41,771 nucleotides of DNA. It comes from a virus (taxonomy: Duplodnaviria; Caudoviricetes). Made by a program: the position numbers and the translations under genes. The stretch spans positions 1-41,771 of IMG/VR virus record IMGVR_UViG_3300014656_000047. The stretch is one strand, 5' to 3'. The notes under the pieces were generated by a model. The model had not been told where the DNA came from, searched no databases, and saw only the letters and a program-made list of their open reading frames with translations. Each line of letters starts with the position of its first letter. The stretch's first letter is position 1. Positions 25,733-34,737 of this stretch are shown piece after piece.

Positions 25733-26275
25733 ATGGCAAGACAGGGGCTAACAGTTAAGCAAGAAAAGTTTGCTCAAAACTTATTTACAGGCATGAGTCA
25801 AAGGGAAGCATACACTGACGCATATAACGCTCAAAACATGCTTGATAAGACGATAGATGAAGAAGCATGCAGACTAGCTAACGACTGCAAGATAACTGCA
25901 AAAATTGAACAGTTAACCGAAGAATTAAAGCTTCGCAACATGGTTACGGTCGAAAGAGTAGTGGCTGAGTATGCCAAGTTAGGTTTCTTTGACCCTCGCA
26001 ACCTGTTTCGCGCTGACGGTACACCTAAACCCATAGCAGAGTTAGACGATGATACAGCTGCAGCCTTGACCGGGCTTGATGTGCAAGAAGTGTACGAAGG
26101 ATCCGGCGAGGATAGGAAGTTTGTGGGCTATACAAAGAAATACAAGCTAACAGATAAAAAGTCCGCTCTAGACAGCATGGCAAAGTACCTGGGTATGTTC
26201 ACCGAAAAAATCGAACACACCGGCAAGGATGGCGGGCCGATAGAGTTTGAGCAGATACTGAGGGATATAGAATAA
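25733..26275 (+). CDS. terS: Terminase small subunit
   Basis: LTVKQEKFAQ...SQREAY..AY, ERVVAEYAKLGFFD, KKSALDSMAKYLGMF, HTGKDGGPI. Confidence 0.9.
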   Translation: MARQGLTVKQEKFAQNLFTGMSQREAYTDAYNAQNMLDKTIDEEACRLANDCKITAKIEQLTEELKLRNMVTVERVVAEYAKLGFFDPRNLFRADGTPKPIAELDDDTAAALTGLDVQEVYEGSGEDRKFVGYTKKYKLTDKKSALDSMAKYLGMFTEKIEHTGKDGGPIEFEQILRDIE

Positions 26276-26375
26276 ATGGAAGCTAAATGGAAAATACTTT
26301 TTATCCAGACGATTAAGCAATGTCACTTGGGCTTAGAGTAATCTACATGTGCATATGGAAGCAAAATGGAAATTT

Positions 26376-26400
26376 AAGACGTGAACAGCGTCTTTTTTTT
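26376..26400 (+). terminator. Rho-independent terminator after terS
   Basis: AAGACG-loop-CGTCTT then a long T-tract. Confidence 0.6.
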
Positions 26401-26576
26401 ATTTAGGAGGTAAAAATGAAATACATAATAGCCTATATAATAATAATTGCCTTAGTCTTACTATTCAATTACGCTGCACGCAAAGATGATCCACCAGACG
26501 GTATGGCATAATGTTGTATTTTTACGCTAATCCACCGTGGAAAATATATGTAATAATGTTGTAAAGGAGAAATAAA

Positions 26577-27659
26577 ATGTACAAAATACCATTATCACGC
26601 CCATCTATCACCACAGCCGAAGGGCAGGCGGCATACGACACTGTTATGTCCTATCAACTGGCCCAGGGTGCAAAAGTCGAAGAATTCGAGCAAAGAATAG
26701 CTGAATACGTTGGCACAAAATACACCATAGCAGTATCAAGCGGGACGGACGGGCTATTTTTATGCCTGAAAGCCTGTGGCATAGGCCAAGGTGACGAGGT
26801 TATTACTACACCTTATACGTTTATTGCTACATTATTTGCCATAGAACAGGCAGGGGCAAGGCCGGTACTGGTGGACATAGACGGGGATACGTATAACATT
26901 AATCTTGCAACAATGCACAGAAACACGCTTGACGGTATTAAGGCATATATGCCGGTTGACGTATTCGGAAATCCGTATGATACTTCAAACAATAATACTG
27001 CCTTACCTATTATAATTGACTCGTGCGAAAGCCTAGGCAGTCGCATAGACCGTCCATTCGATGCATGTGTATACGCTTTTTATCCTAACAAACAGATCAC
27101 CACCGGCGAAGGTGGCATGATCTGCACCAACAACAAAGATATAGCCGACTATTGCCGTGCATACCGCAACCAGGGCAGAGCACCTGGGGATAAGTGGCTG
27201 CAGCATAGCCAAAAAGGTGGAAATTACCGGATGACGGACATACAAGCGGCTATAGGTGTAGAGCAGATGAGGCGTATAGACGAGATTAAGCAGAAAAGAC
27301 AATTAGTTGCCCTGACATATCACGAGATGTTATCAGACTTATATATTTCCAAAATAATTAATTGGCAGGAGTTTACAAGCCACGATATAAACCCGTTTGC
27401 TTTTGTAATAGAAGTACCAAACCGTGATAAGGTAATGCAGTACCTGATAGACAAGGGTATAGAATGCAAGCCTTATTTCCCGTGCGTACACTTACAACCG
27501 GCCATGGCTCATTTGGGATACAAGTCCGGAGATTTCCCTATAGCAGAAGAGGTAAGCAGTAGGACACTAGCACTACCGTTTTACACAGACATGACTGAAG
27601 AGGAAGTGAATTATGTGTGTGAGAAACTGCAGGAGGCACTAAACGATGGCTATTATTAA
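26577..27659 (+). CDS. DegT/DnrJ/EryC1/StrS PLP-dependent sugar aminotransferase (PseC/LegC-like)
   Basis: VSSGTDGL, GDEVIT..YTFIAT, DSCESLG, FYPNKQITTGEGG, NYRMTDIQAAIG. Confidence 0.92.
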   Translation: MYKIPLSRPSITTAEGQAAYDTVMSYQLAQGAKVEEFEQRIAEYVGTKYTIAVSSGTDGLFLCLKACGIGQGDEVITTPYTFIATLFAIEQAGARPVLVDIDGDTYNINLATMHRNTLDGIKAYMPVDVFGNPYDTSNNNTALPIIIDSCESLGSRIDRPFDACVYAFYPNKQITTGEGGMICTNNKDIADYCRAYRNQGRAPGDKWLQHSQKGGNYRMTDIQAAIGVEQMRRIDEIKQKRQLVALTYHEMLSDLYISKIINWQEFTSHDINPFAFVIEVPNRDKVMQYLIDKGIECKPYFPCVHLQPAMAHLGYKSGDFPIAEEVSSRTLALPFYTDMTEEEVNYVCEKLQEALNDGYY

Positions 27660-27862
27660 AATGCATTGCCAAAAGTGCGGTAAAGAAATTCCATTTTGCT
27701 ACACAATACAAAGAATGGGCTGTTTTTGTGCTGAATGCGCTGGAATAGACGAAACAAAAAGTACTTGCAAATCCTTTGAAGGAATAAAAATAAAAGACTA
27801 TGCGTGGAGTTCGGCAAGTTGCCAAGTGCTAGTAGATTATATGGAAAAATAAAGGAGGAACT

Positions 27863-28108
27863 ATGTTAGACGATAAAACGGTTAACAGCGTAACCGAACT
27901 TATTAAAAGGTCTGAAAAAGCCAGCAAGCTACTGTCGTTATGCTTTGAGTTAGATAATTTATGGCAAAACAGTTACTTTTCCGTAAAAATTTCAAACAGA
28001 ACAGCAGAAGCTTATGTTGAAGTTTCGGAAGAAACTGCAAAGATGATACAGCACGATATTTTGACGCAAATAGGAAAAGTTGAAAAGGAATTAAAGGAGG
28101 CACTATGA
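27863..28108 (+). CDS. Hypothetical protein
   Basis: ORF track; SD AAGGAGG. Confidence 0.6.
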   Translation: MLDDKTVNSVTELIKRSEKASKLLSLCFELDNLWQNSYFSVKISNRTAEAYVEVSEETAKMIQHDILTQIGKVEKELKEAL

Positions 28109-28233
28109 TAACTATAAATTTTGATAGCCCTATACTTGCCATCGCATGCATAGTAACAATTATTGCAATAGGCATATATTTTTTTACCGAACACACAAAA
28201 TCCAAGCGAGATAATGTGTAAAAAGGAGGTACT

Positions 28234-28473
28234 ATGATAGTTATAGGCAGGGTAACTGAGGAAGAAAGAGAGCAATACTATATGCTCAAAGCACAGCTTA
28301 CAACTATAAAGCAAAATCAATGTGAACTGCTGAATAGGGAAATGTCAATAGTGTACCAAATAAATAAATTCTGGCAAAGCATAGGACACAAATACAACAT
28401 AGACACCGAACATATACCCTATTCTATCAAGGAAAACGGTGATTTAACTATATGGGAGGGTAACAATGCGTAA
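28234..28473 (+). CDS. Hypothetical protein
   Basis: ORF track; SD AAGGAGG. Confidence 0.6.
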   Translation: MIVIGRVTEEEREQYYMLKAQLTTIKQNQCELLNREMSIVYQINKFWQSIGHKYNIDTEHIPYSIKENGDLTIWEGNNA

Positions 28474-29659
28474 AATATGTGTAATAACATCAGGTCGACA
28501 AGATTACGGACATTTATATTTCATTCTAAAAGATATAGAAGCAAGCAACAAACTTGAACTTGTCGTATTTGCACCTGGAAACCATCACTGTATACGAGAA
28601 ATAATGCAGGAATTCAAAACTGTTCAAATGACACCATGCATTAGGGGAATACAGGATTACGGCAATTTCTATTCTTTTGTGCTTGATGCCTTGAAAGCCT
28701 ATAATCCTGACATGGTTATGGTTTTAGGAGATAGATTTGAAACACACGCAGCAGCTACAGCAGCTTTACTGCTTAATGTGCCCATAGTCCATGCTCATGG
28801 AGGGGAAATCACAAAAGGAGCGTTTGACGATAAATTGCGTAATGGCATAACCATGATGTCTGATATTCATTTTACAGCACATGAAGAATATGCTAAAAAT
28901 GTATCTTATATGGCCCGAATTGGCGAATACAGGGATTGCATAACAAATGAATATTGCTGGAACATGAACGAAGATGGCTTTGGTTATGAAAGATTCGACA
29001 CGCAAGACGAAAAAACCAAAAAACACGTTAAAATATTCAACGTCGGTAGCCCTGGAATTGACTGGTTAACTCGTGCCAAACTAAAAACCAAAGCAGAACT
29101 ACAACAAGGCTTGTCGATTGACTTGAATCAGCCGTTTTATGTGTGCTGTTTCCATCCTGAAACAAAAAACCTTGCAAATACAGAACGGCACATCAAGGAA
29201 TTTTGTACCGCATTGGATAAAACAGGTATGCAGATACTTTTTGTCATGCCTAATTGCGATCCCTGCAACAACATAATCCGCCAAGTAGTCCAAAGCTATG
29301 ACGATGCAGGAAGATATTCAGACTGTAAACCGCATTTATGGCATTGTGTAGACAACATTGACCACCTGACATACTTATCCCTGCTTCAATGCGCCGAAAT
29401 GATAGTAGGTAACAGTTCAAGTGGAATAATAGAAGCGGCAAGCTTTAATCTACCCGCTGTCAATATAGGTACACGTCAGGAAGGGCGAATTAAACCGGAT
29501 AATGTATTCTCGTGCCTGTGTGAAACAGAAGCCATTTTGGCCGCTATAGACCGTGCTAGGGAATGGAACGCACTAGTAGGGAAATGCGGCAACCCTTATG
29601 GGGATGGAAGGTCCAGTCAAAGAATAGTAAAGGTATTGGAGGAAGTGAAGGAATTATGA
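28466..29659 (+). CDS. neuC: Hydrolysing UDP-N-acetylglucosamine 2-epimerase (NeuC/LegG family)
   Basis: RKICVITSGRQDYG, VLGDRFE, HAHGGE...D..R..IT, FHPET, GNSSSGIIEA, NIGTRQEGR, NPYGDG. Confidence 0.9.
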   Translation: MRKICVITSGRQDYGHLYFILKDIEASNKLELVVFAPGNHHCIREIMQEFKTVQMTPCIRGIQDYGNFYSFVLDALKAYNPDMVMVLGDRFETHAAATAALLLNVPIVHAHGGEITKGAFDDKLRNGITMMSDIHFTAHEEYAKNVSYMARIGEYRDCITNEYCWNMNEDGFGYERFDTQDEKTKKHVKIFNVGSPGIDWLTRAKLKTKAELQQGLSIDLNQPFYVCCFHPETKNLANTERHIKEFCTALDKTGMQILFVMPNCDPCNNIIRQVVQSYDDAGRYSDCKPHLWHCVDNIDHLTYLSLLQCAEMIVGNSSSGIIEAASFNLPAVNIGTRQEGRIKPDNVFSCLCETEAILAAIDRAREWNALVGKCGNPYGDGRSSQRIVKVLEEVKEL

Positions 29660-30351
29660 ACACAGCAATTTTTTTAACAACCCGCTATAGTAGCACAAGA
29701 CTACCCGGGAAATCGCTACTTAAAATAAACAGTCAAACAGTAACAGATATACTAATAGGCAGGCTAAAGAAAACAGGCTTGCCTATAATTATTTGTTGTC
29801 CTGATACAATAGACGATGTACTTCACATGCAGCCTATTGCCGAAAGAAACGCAGTAGGCTTTTATGCCGGTGAGCCAACTAATATAATAAAACGGCATTA
29901 TGATTGTGCTATAGAAAACAATGTTAATACTATCATAAACGTGGATGGTGACGATATACTTGCCTGTCCAGAAGTCATAAACGCAGTAAATTACGAATTA
30001 TCATCGCACCAACGCGCCAATGTAGTTAAGACAGTTGGTTTGCCTTTAGGTCTTAATATATTAGGCTACAGGGCAAAGATACTCAAAGACATTGACTATA
30101 ATTCAGACACCAATTGGGGAGCACAAATCAAAAATACCTATACCTCAATGTTGCGGTTTGACTATAACACGCCTTACAGATTAACACTAGATTACGAAAA
30201 TGATCTTAGTGTAATAGAGGACGTCTTAACCAACTGCAAGCGTAATATTTTAGTAGGCGGTATATGCAATTACCTTAGAAAACATACGCATATAGCACAA
30301 TTAAATATAGGAAGGAACAAGGAATATTGGGAAAGGATAGGTACCGCATGA
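29656..30351 (+). CDS. Acylneuraminate/Kdo cytidylyltransferase family (SpsF/PseF/KdsB-like)
   Basis: R..STRLPGKSL N-terminal motif, VDGDD, RLTLDY..DL; ATGA coupling to neuC. Confidence 0.85.
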   Translation: MNTAIFLTTRYSSTRLPGKSLLKINSQTVTDILIGRLKKTGLPIIICCPDTIDDVLHMQPIAERNAVGFYAGEPTNIIKRHYDCAIENNVNTIINVDGDDILACPEVINAVNYELSSHQRANVVKTVGLPLGLNILGYRAKILKDIDYNSDTNWGAQIKNTYTSMLRFDYNTPYRLTLDYENDLSVIEDVLTNCKRNILVGGICNYLRKHTHIAQLNIGRNKEYWERIGTA

Positions 30352-30839
30352 TAGAAGTATACAAGAATCTATACGTAGGCAATGAACAAGACTACGAACA
30401 GACAGTCAAGGGTAGTGAAGAATGGGCTGTCTTGCATGTATGCAAAGAACCGTATCACAGACAGATGCTAGGGTATACAAGCCGTGGTGCACCCAAAGAC
30501 CATAAAGAGTATTTGTTTGCCGAAAGAGACAATAGACTTGCTCTCAACATTGTAGATGCAGATAATCCGGAATATTTTGGTCCGGGTATGATTAATTACG
30601 CAATGTGCTTTATCCTTAACAAGCTTGAAAAGAACCTAAAAGTACTTGTACATTGCAACCAAGGGGAAAGCCGCAGCCCATCTATAGCAATGCTGTATAT
30701 GGCTATATGCGGATACATACCCAACGATACAATAGAAGATGCAGAAAAAGCATTTATGCAATTGTATCCAAAATATAACCCTAAACAGGGTATAAGAGGA
30801 CACATGGAAAAGTTTTGGGATGAATATATAGGGAGGTAA
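30348..30839 (+). CDS. Dual-specificity (CX5R) phosphatase family protein
   Basis: VLVHCNQGESRS P-loop; ATGA coupling. Confidence 0.85.
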   Translation: MIEVYKNLYVGNEQDYEQTVKGSEEWAVLHVCKEPYHRQMLGYTSRGAPKDHKEYLFAERDNRLALNIVDADNPEYFGPGMINYAMCFILNKLEKNLKVLVHCNQGESRSPSIAMLYMAICGYIPNDTIEDAEKAFMQLYPKYNPKQGIRGHMEKFWDEYIGR

Positions 30840-30854
30840 ATATGAAATATTATA

Positions 30855-30977
30855 CAATGGTCGGTGGAATTGGGAATAAATTACGACACTTTAAAGGCAA
30901 GATTAGGCAAAAATTGGTCTATTGAAAAAGCATTTACTGAACCAATAAGTATGTTAAGGAGGAAGAAAACAGTATGA
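30855..30977 (+). pseudogene. C-terminal relic of a deleted HNH homing endonuclease
   Basis: QWSVELGINYDTLKARLGKNWSIEKAFTEP resembles the tail of 21067..21714; out of frame with the upstream SD-ATG at 30842. Confidence 0.6.
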
Positions 30978-32005
30978 AGTACTTAATAATTTCTAGAGGC
31001 TCGATGTCTAAACGCCGCCAACGTTGTTTAAAGACACTAGGCTATAACGACTATATAACATGGGATATAACCGATAAAGAACCAATACAAGAACTTGTTG
31101 AACAATACAAACCCAACACAATGATTATATCAAGTCCACCTTTGACTAAGCAACCTTATATTACACTTGCAAATAATTTTAGCCTAATTCCATTTTGCGA
31201 AGCCGACATACAAACATATTCAGGCGACTATTATCCGAGTAGCACTATGCGCTTTCACCCTGCTATAACTAAAATAAAAGAACTGATTGACAATGGTACA
31301 CTAGGCAACGTCTATACATTCACACATCATTGTGGAAATCACATTGCAGACTGGCACCCTGGGGCAGACATGAAAACTTATTACGCAGCACAAAAGGAAA
31401 CGGGTGGCTGTAAGGAAATTTTTCCTTTTGAATTATCATGGCTATCATGGTTATTCGGTGAGCCTAAAAATGCCGTAGGAATGATAAACAAGACATTGAA
31501 TGATAAAGATATTACCGCAGACGATGTTTATACAACTGCTTGTAAGCTTGGCAATATAACTGGTACTATCCTAATAGACATAGTATCTCGTCCCGCCATT
31601 CGCGAACTGCGTATTGTAGGCGAGAAAGGTATTATTGAATGGAATTGGAACGAAGATTTTGTTTATCATAAGTTTGCAGACGGGTTAAATCAATATCAAC
31701 ATTATGTGCCAAAAGGGCAAGCTGCAGAGGGATATCATTCAGCGATTTGCGAGCAAATGTACATTGACGAAATTAAGGCATTTATAAATAGCATAACGCC
31801 GACTTGTGGAAATTGTGAATACATTAATCCAAAAGAAAAACAGCCCCACACGACAAGTCATTGTTGCACAAAATACAACAAGCAATTATTACACAGGGGC
31901 TATCACCCTGATTTATGCAAGCTTGATGAATGTAAATCTTATTTTTACACTAAGGCAGAGGAAGAACATGTAATAAAAATGTTAAGGAGAGTGGAGGGAA
32001 AATGA
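30974..32005 (+). CDS. Gfo/Idh/MocA-family oxidoreductase
   Basis: Degenerate Rossmann start (IISRGSMSKRR), FCEA, MRFHPAI..IKELI..G.LG, DWHP...YYAA...GG; extra Cys-rich C-terminal insert. Confidence 0.8.
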   Translation: MKYLIISRGSMSKRRQRCLKTLGYNDYITWDITDKEPIQELVEQYKPNTMIISSPPLTKQPYITLANNFSLIPFCEADIQTYSGDYYPSSTMRFHPAITKIKELIDNGTLGNVYTFTHHCGNHIADWHPGADMKTYYAAQKETGGCKEIFPFELSWLSWLFGEPKNAVGMINKTLNDKDITADDVYTTACKLGNITGTILIDIVSRPAIRELRIVGEKGIIEWNWNEDFVYHKFADGLNQYQHYVPKGQAAEGYHSAICEQMYIDEIKAFINSITPTCGNCEYINPKEKQPHTTSHCCTKYNKQLLHRGYHPDLCKLDECKSYFYTKAEEEHVIKMLRRVEGK

Positions 32006-32542
32006 ATGTATGATAGTAAAGAGGATACTTTAAAGCATATAGACCATGTTGTTAATTACTTGGGCCGCATTTATTCACAACTGATAATAAGAGGGCAAAA
32101 ACACGACCAAACAAAGCTTTTCGAACCTGAAAAATCTGTATTCGATGAGCACACGCCAAAGCTCGCACAATCAACTTACGGAAGCGATGAATATAAGGAA
32201 CATCTAAAGGAAATGAAAGTTGCTCTTGACCATCATTACTCAGAGAACAGACATCATCCGGAACACTTCAAAAAGTATGCTTGTAACGGCTGTTTCAAAG
32301 AGTTCAAAGAAATGCCAAATACTTGCGATGTATGCGGTTATTCTCAATTTCAGGAGGAATCAGACATATCTCAAATGACACTTATTGACCTATGTGAAAT
32401 GATAGCAGATTGGAAAGCAGCAACTTTAAGACACAATAACGGAGACATAATGAAAAGTATCGAAATTAATCAAAAGAGGTTTAAGTATAGCGATGAATTG
32501 AAACAAATTTTTATAAAAACAGTAAAGGAATATTTTGAATAA
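32006..32542 (+). CDS. DUF5662-like HD-type protein
   Basis: H...V, HDQTK, HHYSENRHHPEH, EMIADWKAA. Confidence 0.7.
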   Translation: MYDSKEDTLKHIDHVVNYLGRIYSQLIIRGQKHDQTKLFEPEKSVFDEHTPKLAQSTYGSDEYKEHLKEMKVALDHHYSENRHHPEHFKKYACNGCFKEFKEMPNTCDVCGYSQFQEESDISQMTLIDLCEMIADWKAATLRHNNGDIMKSIEINQKRFKYSDELKQIFIKTVKEYFE

Positions 32543-32666
32543 ACCGATTTTAGTAAACTAAAAGGCTACTTTTTAACAGGAGGTCTTATGTACTACAATC
32601 ACATAGAATGCATACTAACCAAACAGCAGCTTAAGTAGCTGCTATTTTATTTCAAGGAGGTTTAAT

Positions 32667-33098
32667 GTGAAAAATAAAATAGAATTTAAAGTCTGTGGTC
32701 AAGGAAATAACCCCGAAGCCTATAAAGAATGTGAGGAATTTATTGAGAAGTGGAAAAAAATTCTGAGAATTCAGGACTGGGAAACAAAACTTTCGTTTAT
32801 TAGCGGAGAAGAAATTTATGAACAAATGAAAAGCTTTGATTATGTGGCTTCTTGCGACAGAGATTTAGTTAACAAAACTGCATATATAAGTGTAAATGTC
32901 GAGCATTCAAGGATAAATGAGTGTATAGAAAAAACATTGCTGCATGAACTTTTGCACATTGTAACCTATGAATGGCAAAACATAGTTGAGAATTCTATCG
33001 AAGACGAAGAATTACAAGAATATAGCCGTGTAAAAATGGAGCAGACTGTTGAAAGTTTGGCAAAATCATTTGCTTATTTTGCGGAGGTGAAAGTCTGA
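32667..33098 (+). CDS. Putative zinc metallopeptidase-like protein
   Basis: LLHELLH (HExxH); last codon and stop are supplied by the IS110 end. Confidence 0.6.
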   Translation: MKNKIEFKVCGQGNNPEAYKECEEFIEKWKKILRIQDWETKLSFISGEEIYEQMKSFDYVASCDRDLVNKTAYISVNVEHSRINECIEKTLLHELLHIVTYEWQNIVENSIEDEELQEYSRVKMEQTVESLAKSFAYFAEVKV

Positions 33099-33198
33099 AA
33101 CCATAGTCGTGACTGGCAGAAACTAAAAAAAGGCACCACAAATAAAGCTCCAAATTGGCGCTCTTTGAAAAATTAATAGCTACAGTATTAAACCGATA

Positions 33199-34437
33199 TC
33201 AATCCTTAACTACTGAGAAACCGTGGCTTTTGGCATAAAAAACAGCCTGTTGTACTGTGATTACTTTTGAAGTTGGAATAGTTTCTGTTTTTTTATAAAG
33301 CTCAGCATTGTAAGGTTCTCTTTTCTTAAGGATGTGATATATAGCAGTAAGCATCATTCGTGCAATGGCAATGACTGCACGTTTGTGACCACGTCGCTTC
33401 TTGATAGACAAATAGCGACCACGGATTTCAGGGTGTTTTTCACTTATTACAACGGCATTAGCACATTGTACTAAAAGTGGTTTAATATAAACACCAGCAC
33501 GAGAAATGCGAACAGATTTTTTCTTGCCAGCACTCTCGTCATTTTGTGGAGTTAAGCCAGCCCACGAGCATAAGTGTTTAGCTGTAGGAAACACAGACAT
33601 ATCAGCACCTATTTCTGAAATTATTGAGATAGCAGAGAAAGGATTTTTGATACCTGGTACAGTTGACACTAGACTACATTCTTGGGCATATAACTCCGAA
33701 AGCGAAAGAATCAAGGATTCGAGATTGAGCTTACACTTTTCCAGTTCGTCATAATGCTGAAGTATGATATTCATTTTTTGCAATTGCTCAGGAGTGAAGT
33801 TCCCGTCAATAGCAAGTCGTATATCATCAACCTTATTAAGCATAGAAGCGTGAAGAAAAGGAACAAAATCGAAATCCTTATCATTAGGATTTTCAAGTAA
33901 GTGATCAATGATTTTCATTGAACTCTTACCGAAAGTATCAGATACCACATTTGAAAGCTGTATATTTGATACAGTAAGACAATTTTGAAGCCTATTCTTT
34001 TCGCTTGATTTAAAATTTGTTAGTTTGAAGCGGTAACGCATCAAATCCCGCAATTGACGAATTGCAAGCGGAGGCATAAAGCTTCCGGCAACAAGGTCGT
34101 GCTTAAAGAGATCAGCAATCCATTTAGCATCCTTCTTGTCAGTTTTCTTGCCACGGATAGCCTTGACGTACTTTGGGTGAGCCAGTGTTATTTTGCAAGT
34201 TACTTCTAGCACATTAAACACAGGTATCCAGTACTTGCCAGTGGATTCCATACAAATTTCGGTGCAGGAATTGGAGTAAAGCCACTCCGACAGCTTTCTC
34301 AAACCACTTGTAAAGGTTGAAAAGCGACTGGACTTGTAAGATGTAATACCCTTGTTGTCCGTTGCGGCAATACAAGCAACAATAAACTTTTTGTGGACAT
34401 CGATTCCACAGCAGATGGGGTAAACGATTTTTAACAT
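33199..34437 (-). CDS. IS110-family transposase/recombinase
   Basis: GIDVHK, MESTGKYW, KTDKKDA, SWAGLTP...SAGK. Confidence 0.95.
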   Translation of the reverse strand: MLKIVYPICCGIDVHKKFIVACIAATDNKGITSYKSSRFSTFTSGLRKLSEWLYSNSCTEICMESTGKYWIPVFNVLEVTCKITLAHPKYVKAIRGKKTDKKDAKWIADLFKHDLVAGSFMPPLAIRQLRDLMRYRFKLTNFKSSEKNRLQNCLTVSNIQLSNVVSDTFGKSSMKIIDHLLENPNDKDFDFVPFLHASMLNKVDDIRLAIDGNFTPEQLQKMNIILQHYDELEKCKLNLESLILSLSELYAQECSLVSTVPGIKNPFSAISIISEIGADMSVFPTAKHLCSWAGLTPQNDESAGKKKSVRISRAGVYIKPLLVQCANAVVISEKHPEIRGRYLSIKKRRGHKRAVIAIARMMLTAIYHILKKREPYNAELYKKTETIPTSKVITVQQAVFYAKSHGFSVVKD

Positions 34438-34479
34438 AGATATCCCTTCTTAAATAGATTATAGGGATTACAGACATTA

Positions 34480-34730
34480 ACTGATTGTTCAGCAATAAAC
34501 GAGTATTGTTTATACAAAGATAAGTCTTCGTGATCTATGTCACACTTATTTGTGCTTGAAAGAACAATCTACACATATAAACATGCGGTCAACTCCCAAA
34601 GGAGCAGCACACTCACCTCCCCGTGATTTGTAGTTGCCTGCAATCTCTATACTATAGTTGTAAAATAAAATAAGCTCAAAGGCAACGGTTTCATTCCGTT
34701 TTGTGCCTTGAGCGAAGCGAAAGGAATGGT
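34480..34730 (-). ncRNA. Putative IS110 bridge RNA
   Basis: Non-coding end with stems; internal-loop segments GGAGGUGA (34613-34620) and CAUGUUU (34579-34585) match the two target flanks; AGACUUAU (34520-34527) matches the predicted circle junction. Boundaries approximate. Confidence 0.7.
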
Positions 34731-34737
34731 TATAAAC

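Larger units (their letters stand above)
33093..34735 (-). mobile_element. IS110-family insertion sequence
   Basis: DEDD transposase; about 300 bp 5' and 100 bp 3' non-coding ends; removing it with one copy of an AA core restores GGAGGTGAAAACATGA, i.e. SD plus ATGA stop/start overlap. Confidence 0.88.

Noticed and set aside
34708-34737. ORF-track N-terminal extension MSEAKGMVIN of the aminotransferase and ORF 34546..34746(-)
   Set aside because: Both lie in the IS110 non-coding end; the reconstructed empty site puts the true start at ATG34738.
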